From positions 1,020,001 through 1,052,000 of the forward strand of contig NC_000962.3 of assembly GCF_000195955.2 (NCBI RefSeq): a DNA stretch of 32,000 nucleotides, given 5' to 3'. The position numbers and the translations under genes are program-made. The notes beneath the pieces are model-generated. The model worked only from the letters and a program-made list of their open reading frames with translations, searched no databases and had not been told where the DNA came from. Below, in pieces: positions 17,003 through 26,135 of this stretch (position 1 is the first letter of the stretch; each line of letters opens with the position of its first letter). This stretch comes from Mycobacterium tuberculosis H37Rv (lineage in GTDB: Bacteria > Actinomycetota > Actinomycetes > Mycobacteriales > Mycobacteriaceae).

Positions 17003-17925
17003 GTCCCTCAATGAGCATCGAGGCGCTCGACCAGCCGGTAAAGCCGGTGGTGTTTCGTCCGCTTACGCTGCGACGGCGGATCAAAAACAGCGTCGCGACA
17101 ACGTTTTTCTTCACCTCGTTCGTGGTCGCGTTGATACCGTTGGTCTGGCTGCTTTGGGTGGTGATTGCCCGGGGTTGGTTTGCCGTCACCCGATCGGGCT
17201 GGTGGACCCACTCGCTGCGCGGCGTGCTGCCAGAGCAATTCGCCGGTGGGGTGTATCACGCCCTGTACGGCACGCTGGTGCAGGCCGGGGTGGCCGCCGT
17301 GCTGGCCGTGCCGCTGGGCTTGATGACCGCGGTTTACCTAGTGGAATACGGGACTGGTCGAATGTCGCGGGTGACTACCTTCACCGTCGACGTGCTTGCC
17401 GGCGTGCCCTCTATCGTGGCGGCGTTATTCGTCTTCAGCCTGTGGATCGCCACCCTAGGATTTCAGCAGAGCGCCTTTGCCGTGGCGTTGGCGTTGGTCC
17501 TGCTGATGTTGCCGGTGGTGGTTCGGGCAGGCGAGGAGATGCTCAGGTTGGTGCCCGATGAACTGCGAGAAGCCAGCTACGCGTTAGGCGTTCCGAAATG
17601 GAAGACGATCGTGCGGATCGTCGCCCCGATCGCGATGCCGGGCATCGTGTCAGGCATCTTGTTGTCCATCGCGCGCGTCGTCGGTGAAACCGCACCGGTT
17701 CTGGTGCTGGTCGGGTACAGCCACTCCATCAACCTCGACGTCTTCCACGGCAACATGGCCTCGCTGCCGTTGCTGATCTACACCGAACTCACCAATCCCG
17801 AGCACGCCGGCTTCCTGCGCGTCTGGGGCGCGGCGCTGACCCTGATCATCGTGGTCGCCACGATCAACCTGGCCGCGGCGATGATCCGGTTCGTCGCAAC
17901 CCGACGGCGGCGACTCCCGTTATGA
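16999..17925 (+). CDS. pstA1: Phosphate ABC transporter permease
   Basis: GTG start [13 protein letters not shown]; 4-nt overlap with pstC2; [43 protein letters not shown] motif. Confidence 0.93.
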
Positions 17926-19914
17926 CGTGAGTTTCACCACTCGGTCGTTGCCGCGGTCGGCGACGTAGACGGTCCGGTCGCTGTCCACTGCCACCGCGAG
18001 GGGGGTGTTGAGGCCGGTGAACGGTAGCACTGTCGAGGTGGTCGACCCGGCCAGGAGTTTGACCACCTGGTTTGTGTTGTGCTCGGTGACGTAGACGGTT
18101 CCGGCTTCGTCCACCGCGATGCCCCACGGTGCGGTGATATCCGTGAATGGCAGCACGACCTGGTTATTCGACTCGGCCTCTAGCTTGACAACCCTGTTGT
18201 TGTCGGTGTCGGTGACATAGACGTTGCCGGAGTTGTCGACGGCCACCCCGTCGGGGTCGTTGAGGCCGGTGAACGGCAGCACGGTCTGGGTCTTGGATCC
18301 GGCCGCCAACTTCACCACCCTGTTGTTGCCCCGGTCGGCGACGTATACCGCACCCTGGGTATCCACCGCGAGACCTTCGGGGTAGTTGAGGCCGTCGAAC
18401 GGTAGCACGGTCTGGTTGTTGGACCCGGCCGCTAACGTCACCACCCGGTTGTTGAAATCGGTGACGTATACGGTGCCAGCGCCGTCCACCGCCAACCCCT
18501 GCGGCTGGTACAGCCCGTTGAACGGTAACACCGTCGTGCCGGTTGACCCGGTGGCCAACTTGACCACTCGGCCGTACATGCCCTCACTGGTGACGTACAC
18601 GTTGCCGGCGCTGTCCACTGCCACCCCACTCGGCGAGAGGCGGAAGTCGATGCCGGTGAACGGCAACACGGTCTGTCCGGATGCCTGCGTCGGCGACCAC
18701 GAAGGTCGTAAGACCAGGTAGCCGGCGGCGGCGACGATGGCCACCAGTACGATCGCGGCAGCGCCGACGACGGCCCACACCTTCCGTTTGTTGCCGGCCG
18801 GCGGCACAGCGTGTCCCAGGGAGGCCTGGAGCGCATTCGGGACGGCAGGGGAGTGTCCGGTTTGGCTGGGCCAGTTCCCGCCGCGGCTGTCCGCTGCCAG
18901 GGGTCCGGCCACGGTCGCGGAGTCCCCGGGCGACCATCGGGCAGCACCCGGGGTCGGTGGGCCGGTGCCCGCCCCGGCAATGCCGGACTCGGACTGGCTC
19001 AAGCCCGTATCGGCCGGAGTGGCCAGCAAGGTTGCGTTGTCACCGCGCCGCAGAATCGTCGTGGCCTGGTGTTGCTCGGATGTGGTGAGTGCGTCATGGG
19101 CGGCGATGGCCAGATCACCAGCGCTCATAAAGCGCTCCGCGGGGTTTTTGGCCATGCCTTTGGCGATCACCTGATCCAGGGCCGGCGGCACGCGCCCGGG
19201 CCGTAGCTGGCTGGGCTGCGGGGCAGGGTCCATTAGATGCGCGGCGATCAACCGCTCAACGCTGTCGGCCCGATACGGTGGGGCACCGGTCAAACACTCA
19301 CCCAACACGCACGCCAACGCATAGATATCTGCGCGATAGGTGACCTCATCGCCGGTGAACCGCTCCGGGGCCATGTAGTTGTAGGTTCCCACGGCGGTCC
19401 CGGTCTGGGTCAGCCCCGGGTCGGAGGCGGCACGGGCAATACCGAAATCGACCAGATAGGCGAAGTCGCTCGCGGTGACCAGAATGTTTTCCGGTTTTAC
19501 GTCGCGGTGCGTTACGCCGTTGGCATGCGCGGCATCCAAAGCGGCGGCGATCTGGCGCACGATGGCCACAGCTCGGGCCGGGGTCAGCGGACCATACTGT
19601 TTCAATAGGGCGCGTAAAGAGGTGCCGTCGATCATGCGCATTTCGACAAAGAACTGTCCGTTGATCTCGCCGTAGTCATGGATCGGCACGATGTGTGGCT
19701 CGGTCAGCCGTCCCGCGGTGTCGGCCTCGCGTTGCATCCGTGCTCGAAACACCGCATTGTCGGAGTACTGCGGCGAGATCAACTTCAGCGCCACCACCCG
19801 GTGCTTGCGGGTGTCCTCGGCCTCATAAACCTCGCCCATCCCGCCTCGGCCCAGCAGCCGCAATAGCTGATACGGCCCAAATTGCGACCCTACCTGCGGA
19901 ACGGCATCGCTCAC
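17920..19914 (-). CDS. pknD: Transmembrane Ser/Thr protein kinase with extracellular six-repeat NHL-type beta-propeller
   Basis: 664 aa; GRGGMGEVYEAED, VTHRDVKPENILV, YLVDFGIARA, TM segment VWAVVGAAAIVLVAIVAAAGYLVL, then six repeats of the type VLPFTGLNxPxGVAVDxxGxVYVxDxxNNRVVKL. Confidence 0.96.
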   Translation of the reverse strand: MSDAVPQVGSQFGPYQLLRLLGRGGMGEVYEAEDTRKHRVVALKLISPQYSDNAVFRARMQREADTAGRLTEPHIVPIHDYGEINGQFFVEMRMIDGTSLRALLKQYGPLTPARAVAIVRQIAAALDAAHANGVTHRDVKPENILVTASDFAYLVDFGIARAASDPGLTQTGTAVGTYNYMAPERFTGDEVTYRADIYALACVLGECLTGAPPYRADSVERLIAAHLMDPAPQPSQLRPGRVPPALDQVIAKGMAKNPAERFMSAGDLAIAAHDALTTSEQHQATTILRRGDNATLLATPADTGLSQSESGIAGAGTGPPTPGAARWSPGDSATVAGPLAADSRGGNWPSQTGHSPAVPNALQASLGHAVPPAGNKRKVWAVVGAAAIVLVAIVAAAGYLVLRPSWSPTQASGQTVLPFTGIDFRLSPSGVAVDSAGNVYVTSEGMYGRVVKLATGSTGTTVLPFNGLYQPQGLAVDGAGTVYVTDFNNRVVTLAAGSNNQTVLPFDGLNYPEGLAVDTQGAVYVADRGNNRVVKLAAGSKTQTVLPFTGLNDPDGVAVDNSGNVYVTDTDNNRVVKLEAESNNQVVLPFTDITAPWGIAVDEAGTVYVTEHNTNQVVKLLAGSTTSTVLPFTGLNTPLAVAVDSDRTVYVADRGNDRVVKLTS
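17926..18670 (-). repeat. Intragenic repeat array encoding the six NHL blades of PknD (about 41-45 codons per unit)
   Basis: Six consecutive units starting (T/V)VLPF(T/N/D)G and ending (R/Q)VV(K/T)L. Confidence 0.85.
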
Positions 19915-19935
19915 CGTCGAATTCCCTTCACTAGG

Positions 19936-21048
19936 TCAAGAAATAGCATTCACCGCGGCCGCCAATTTTGCTTGGAACGATTTGGGCAACGGAATGGAGC
20001 CGTATTGGTCCAGGCCTTCTTGGCCTGGACCAATCGCGGCTTGCATAAACGCCCTTACCGCAGTACCGGTCGTCGCATCCGGGTATTTCGAGCAGACGAT
20101 CTCATAGGTCGCCAGCACGATCGGGTAAGAGCCAGGCTGGGTGGGCCTGTAGAACGACGACGTGTCCAATACCAGGTCGTTGCCTTGTCCCATGATCTTG
20201 GCCCCGGCGATTGTCTTGCCGACCGACTCGGTGGTGATCGCCACTGGATCCGGACCCGCCGACGTGATGATCTGGGCCATGTTCAACTGCTTACCCACCG
20301 CAAACGACCACTCGTTGTAGGTGATCGACCCGTCGGTCGTCTGCAGTAGGGCCGACGTGCCGTTGTTCCCGCTGGCGCCGACGCCGACGCCCCCGTTGAA
20401 CGTTTCGCTGGCGCCTTTGCCCCACGCCCCGTTGGATGCGCCGTCGAGGTATTTCTGGAAGTTGTCCGACGTACCGGACTTGTCGCTGCGGAAGATAACG
20501 CTAATCGGTGTTGGCGGCAGGTCGGTGCCGGAGTTGAGGGCTTGGATCTGTGGATCATTCCACACGGTGATGGTGCCGTTGAAAATCTTGGCGGTAGTGG
20601 GTCCGTCAAGATTCAGCGTGCTCACGCCCTTGATATTGTAGGTGATCGCGATCGGGCCGAACACCGTCGGCAGGTCCCATGCCGGGGAACCGCACCGCTC
20701 CGCCGACCGGTCAGGTTGACCGGTCGACGGATTCAACGGGACATCCGAGCCGGCGAAATCGGTTTCGTTGTTGAGAAACTGGGTCACCCCGGCACCGGAC
20801 CCGTTGGCGTTGTAGTCCAACGTGTAGCCCGGGCACGATCGCACGTAGGCATAGACGAACTGCTCCATGGCATTTTCTTGTGCGGTCGAGCCGCTGGAGT
20901 GGAGCTCCTTCTTGCCGCCGCAGTGCACCGACCCAGACGTGCCGCCTGCGCCTGACGACGAGCTGTTGGTGCCACCGCCGCATGCTGTCAACACCAGTGT
21001 GCCGGCGGCCAACAGGCTTACCGCTGCGCCGGATCGGGCGAACTTCAC
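19936..21048 (-). CDS. pstS2: Phosphate ABC transporter substrate-binding lipoprotein
   Basis: 370 aa, lipobox [62 protein letters not shown]; close paralogue of pstS3. Confidence 0.93.
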
Positions 21049-21263
21049 GCAACTCCTCTCGAGGGGGTCGTGGTGGCGGATCCACTCGCCACCGGTGGTC
21101 GCCGAGCCACCGACCCGGGGTCGGTATTCGAGCCGTCACCGTTGTGCATCGAAAGAGGTCTGATCATTGAAATCCTAGCGTTCAGGAGGGGCCGCTGATA
21201 CTGAGGGTCGACGGCGCGCTTTGTCCAAGGAGCATCCCAAGGAGCATGTAGTACCCTGCGCCG

Positions 21264-22094
21264 ATGGCGTGTGAACGGCTCGGCGGCCAGAGCGGTGCTG
21301 CTGATGTCGACGCCGCTGCGCCGGCGATGGCGGCGGTGAACCTCACCCTGGGTTTCGCTGGCAAAACCGTGCTCGACCAGGTGAGTATGGGCTTTCCCGC
21401 TCGTGCGGTGACGTCGTTGATGGGACCGACCGGTTCAGGTAAGACGACTTTTTTGCGCACCCTAAACCGGATGAATGACAAGGTCTCCGGTTACCGCTAC
21501 AGCGGTGATGTGCTGTTGGGCGGACGCAGCATCTTCAACTACCGCGACGTGCTGGAGTTTCGCCGCCGGGTTGGCATGCTGTTCCAGCGCCCGAATCCGT
21601 TCCCGATGTCAATCATGGACAACGTGCTCGCCGGCGTGCGTGCCCACAAACTGGTGCCGCGCAAGGAATTCCGTGGCGTCGCGCAGGCTCGGCTTACCGA
21701 GGTCGGCCTCTGGGACGCGGTCAAGGATCGGCTCAGCGATTCACCGTTTCGACTCTCTGGTGGTCAGCAGCAGTTGTTGTGCCTAGCCCGTACGCTTGCG
21801 GTGAATCCGGAGGTGTTGCTGCTCGACGAGCCCACCTCCGCGCTGGACCCGACTACCACCGAGAAGATCGAAGAGTTCATCCGATCGCTCGCTGATCGCC
21901 TCACGGTGATCATCGTGACCCATAACCTTGCCCAGGCCGCCCGCATCAGCGACCGGGCGGCCCTGTTCTTCGACGGCAGGCTGGTGGAGGAAGGGCCCAC
22001 CGAACAGCTGTTCTCCTCGCCGAAGCATGCGGAAACCGCCCGATACGTCGCCGGACTGTCGGGGGACGTCAAGGACGCCAAGCGCGGAAATTGA
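21264..22094 (+). CDS. pstB: Phosphate ABC transporter ATP-binding protein
   Basis: Walker A GPTGSGKTT, signature LSGGQQQLLCLARTLA, Walker B VLLLDEPTSALDP. Confidence 0.94.
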   Translation: MACERLGGQSGAADVDAAAPAMAAVNLTLGFAGKTVLDQVSMGFPARAVTSLMGPTGSGKTTFLRTLNRMNDKVSGYRYSGDVLLGGRSIFNYRDVLEFRRRVGMLFQRPNPFPMSIMDNVLAGVRAHKLVPRKEFRGVAQARLTEVGLWDAVKDRLSDSPFRLSGGQQQLLCLARTLAVNPEVLLLDEPTSALDPTTTEKIEEFIRSLADRLTVIIVTHNLAQAARISDRAALFFDGRLVEEGPTEQLFSSPKHAETARYVAGLSGDVKDAKRGN

Positions 22095-22114
22095 AGAGCA
22101 CAGAAAGGTATGGC

Positions 22115-23239
22115 GTGAAAATTCGTTTGCATACGCTGTTGGCCGTGTTGACCGCTGCGCCGCTGCTGCTAGCAGCGGCGGGCTGTGGCTCGAAACCACC
22201 GAGCGGTTCGCCTGAAACGGGCGCCGGCGCCGGTACTGTCGCGACTACCCCCGCGTCGTCGCCGGTGACGTTGGCGGAGACCGGTAGCACGCTGCTCTAC
22301 CCGCTGTTCAACCTGTGGGGTCCGGCCTTTCACGAGAGGTATCCGAACGTCACGATCACCGCTCAGGGCACCGGTTCTGGTGCCGGGATCGCGCAGGCCG
22401 CCGCCGGGACGGTCAACATTGGGGCCTCCGACGCCTATCTGTCGGAAGGTGATATGGCCGCGCACAAGGGGCTGATGAACATCGCGCTAGCCATCTCCGC
22501 TCAGCAGGTCAACTACAACCTGCCCGGAGTGAGCGAGCACCTCAAGCTGAACGGAAAAGTCCTGGCGGCCATGTACCAGGGCACCATCAAAACCTGGGAC
22601 GACCCGCAGATCGCTGCGCTCAACCCCGGCGTGAACCTGCCCGGCACCGCGGTAGTTCCGCTGCACCGCTCCGACGGGTCCGGTGACACCTTCTTGTTCA
22701 CCCAGTACCTGTCCAAGCAAGATCCCGAGGGCTGGGGCAAGTCGCCCGGCTTCGGCACCACCGTCGACTTCCCGGCGGTGCCGGGTGCGCTGGGTGAGAA
22801 CGGCAACGGCGGCATGGTGACCGGTTGCGCCGAGACACCGGGCTGCGTGGCCTATATCGGCATCAGCTTCCTCGACCAGGCCAGTCAACGGGGACTCGGC
22901 GAGGCCCAACTAGGCAATAGCTCTGGCAATTTCTTGTTGCCCGACGCGCAAAGCATTCAGGCCGCGGCGGCTGGCTTCGCATCGAAAACCCCGGCGAACC
23001 AGGCGATTTCGATGATCGACGGGCCCGCCCCGGACGGCTACCCGATCATCAACTACGAGTACGCCATCGTCAACAACCGGCAAAAGGACGCCGCCACCGC
23101 GCAGACCTTGCAGGCATTTCTGCACTGGGCGATCACCGACGGCAACAAGGCCTCGTTCCTCGACCAGGTTCATTTCCAGCCGCTGCCGCCCGCGGTGGTG
23201 AAGTTGTCTGACGCGTTGATCGCGACGATTTCCAGCTAG
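22115..23239 (+). CDS. pstS1: Phosphate ABC transporter substrate-binding lipoprotein (38-kDa antigen)
   Basis: GTG start [40 protein letters not shown] (lipobox AAAGC); [18 protein letters not shown]. Confidence 0.95.
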
Positions 23240-23298
23240 CCTCGTTGACCACCACGCGACAGCAACCTCCGTCGGGCCATCGGGCTGCTTTGCGGAGC

Positions 23299-24315
23299 AT
23301 GCTGGCCCGTGCCGGTGAAGTCGGCCGCGCTGGCCCGGCCATCCGGTGGTTGGGTGGGATAGGTGCGGTGATCCCGCTGCTTGCGCTGGTCTTGGTGCTG
23401 GTGGTGCTGGTCATCGAGGCGATGGGTGCGATCAGGCTCAACGGGTTGCATTTCTTCACCGCCACCGAATGGAATCCAGGCAACACCTACGGCGAAACCG
23501 TTGTCACCGACGGCGTCGCCCATCCGGTCGGCGCCTACTACGGGGCGTTGCCGCTGATCGTCGGGACGCTGGCGACCTCGGCAATCGCCCTGATCATCGC
23601 GGTGCCGGTCTCTGTAGGAGCGGCGCTGGTGATCGTGGAACGGCTGCCGAAACGGTTGGCCGAGGCTGTGGGAATAGTCCTGGAATTGCTCGCCGGAATC
23701 CCCAGCGTGGTCGTCGGTTTGTGGGGGGCAATGACGTTCGGGCCGTTCATCGCTCATCACATCGCTCCGGTGATCGCTCACAACGCTCCCGATGTGCCGG
23801 TGCTGAACTACTTGCGCGGCGACCCGGGCAACGGGGAGGGCATGTTGGTGTCCGGTCTGGTGTTGGCGGTGATGGTCGTTCCCATTATCGCCACCACCAC
23901 TCATGACCTGTTCCGGCAGGTGCCGGTGTTGCCCCGGGAGGGCGCGATCGCGCTGGGGATGTCGAATTGGGAGTGTGTCCGCAGGGTCACCCTGCCGTGG
24001 GTGTCCAGCGGCATCGTCGGTGCGGTGGTGCTAGGGCTTGGCCGTGCGCTGGGGGAGACGATGGCGGTAGCCATGGTGTCCGGCGCGGTGCTGGGGGCCA
24101 TGCCCGCCAACATCTACGCGACCATGACCACCATCGCCGCCACCATCGTGTCGCAGCTGGATTCGGCGATGACCGATTCCACCAACTTCGCGGTGAAGAC
24201 GCTCGCCGAGGTGGGTTTGGTGCTGATGGTGATCACGTTGCTGACTAATGTGGCCGCGCGCGGGATGGTTCGTCGGGTGTCACGCACCGCGCTTCCGGTG
24301 GGACGCGGCATCTGA
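23299..24315 (+). CDS. pstC1: Phosphate ABC transporter permease
   Basis: [28 protein letters not shown]..., [43 protein letters not shown]. The frame is open from 23245, 5 nt past pstS1, so the start is uncertain. Confidence 0.92.
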
Positions 24316-24316
24316 C

Positions 24317-25222
24317 ATGGGCGAATCGGCTGAGTCCGGGTCCCGGCAGCTACCGGCGATGTCCCCGCCGCGGCGATCGGTAGCCTATCGGCGCAAGATC
24401 GTCGATGCCCTGTGGTGGGCGGCGTGCGTGTGTTGTCTGGCGGTGGTGATCACCCCGACGTTGTGGATGTTGATCGGAGTCGTCAGCCGCGCTGTACCGG
24501 TTTTCCACTGGAGTGTGCTGGTGCAGGACTCCCAGGGCAATGGCGGCGGCTTGCGCAACGCCATCATCGGTACCGCAGTGTTGGCCATCGGGGTGATCCT
24601 GGTGGGTGGCACGGTGAGTGTGTTGACCGGGATTTATCTGTCCGAATTCGCCACCGGCAAAACACGGTCCATTCTGCGCGGCGCCTACGAGGTGTTGTCC
24701 GGTATTCCGTCGATCGTGCTCGGCTACGTCGGCTATTTGGCCCTGGTGGTGTACTTCGATTGGGGGTTTTCGCTGGCGGCCGGGGTGTTGGTGCTGTCGG
24801 TGATGAGCATTCCCTACATCGCCAAGGCCACCGAGTCCGCGCTGGCCCAGGTGCCGACGTCGTATCGGGAAGCGGCTGAGGCACTCGGGTTACCAGCCGG
24901 CTGGGCGCTGCGCAAGATCGTGCTGAAGACGGCGATGCCCGGAATCGTCACCGGGATGTTGGTCGCGCTGGCCCTGGCGATCGGCGAGACGGCGCCGCTG
25001 CTGTACACGGCGGGGTGGTCGAATTCGCCGCCGACCGGACAACTCACCGACTCGCCGGTCGGCTACCTGACCTACCCAATTTGGACGTTCTACAACCAGC
25101 CATCCAAGTCGGCTCAGGATCTGTCCTATGACGCGGCTCTCTTGCTGATCGTGTTCCTGCTGCTATTGATCTTCATTGGCCGGTTGATCAACTGGCTGTC
25201 ACGGAGGCGTTGGGACGTTTGA
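24317..25222 (+). CDS. pstA2: Phosphate ABC transporter permease
   Basis: [32 protein letters not shown]...; [45 protein letters not shown]. Confidence 0.92.
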
Positions 25223-26020
25223 GTTGGCCTTCGAGCGCGCCTTCACGCTGGCCTCCAGCTTGGCGAGCAGGTCGGAGACGTCTTCGGGCTCGTCCAGCAA
25301 CCTCGGTTGGTCCTCGGCGGTAAATGCCTGCCCACCTTCGAGTTTGGTGTCGATCAGCTCCTGTAACTGCTCCTGGTAGGTGTCGTGGTAGCGGTCCGGA
25401 TTGAAGTCGTCGGCCATCGAGTCCACCACCTGGCCGGCCATCTTGAGTTCCGCGGGTTTGATCTCCACCTTCTGGTCCAGCACCGGGAAGTCGGGGTCGC
25501 GGATCTCATCGGGCCACAGCAACGTGTGCACCATCATCACCTCTCGCTTGCCGAAATCCTTGACGCGCAACGCCGCCAGCCTGGTCTTGTTGCGCAGCGT
25601 GAAATGCACGATCGCCATCCGGTCGGTCTCGGCGAGTGTCTTAGCCAGCAGCACATACGATTTCGACGACTTCGAATCAGGCTCCAAAAAGTAGCTGCGG
25701 TCGAACATCATCGGGTCCACGTCGGCGGCGGGGACGAACTCCAACACCTCGATCTCCCGGCTGCGTTCTTCAGGCAAGCTGGCGATGTCGTCGTCGGTGA
25801 TCGCCACCATTTGGCCGTCGCCGGACTCGTAGGCCCGGGCAAGATCGCGGTAGTCGACCACCTCGCCACACGCCTCGCAGACGCGCTTGTACCGGATGCG
25901 TCCGTTGTCCTTGGCGTGCACCTGGTGGAACCTGATGTCGTGGTCTGCGGTAGCGCTGTACACCTTGACCGGCACGTTCACCAGCCCGAAGGCGATCGAA
26001 CCCGTCCAAATGGCTCGCAT
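25199..26020 (-). CDS. ku (mku): Bacterial Ku DNA end-binding protein (NHEJ)
   Basis: [65 protein letters not shown]: classic prokaryotic Ku N-terminus. The frame is open to 26074 but homology starts at 26020. Confidence 0.96.
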
Positions 26021-26046
26021 GTAAGTGAGTATGCCTTGATTGTCCG

Positions 26047-26102
26047 CGAGCGGAACGTCACGGCGAAATTCCACGCGATATTTGACCGTGACGTTACGCT
26101 CG
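26047..26102. repeat. Intergenic inverted repeat CGAGCGGAACGTCACGG / CCGTGACGTTACGCTCG
   Basis: 17-nt arms (26047-26063 and 26086-26102) with one mismatch, between the divergent ku and ligD genes. Confidence 0.65.
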
Positions 26103-26135
26103 CGACTTGTGTGACCGACAGGCTACGTTGAAAGC

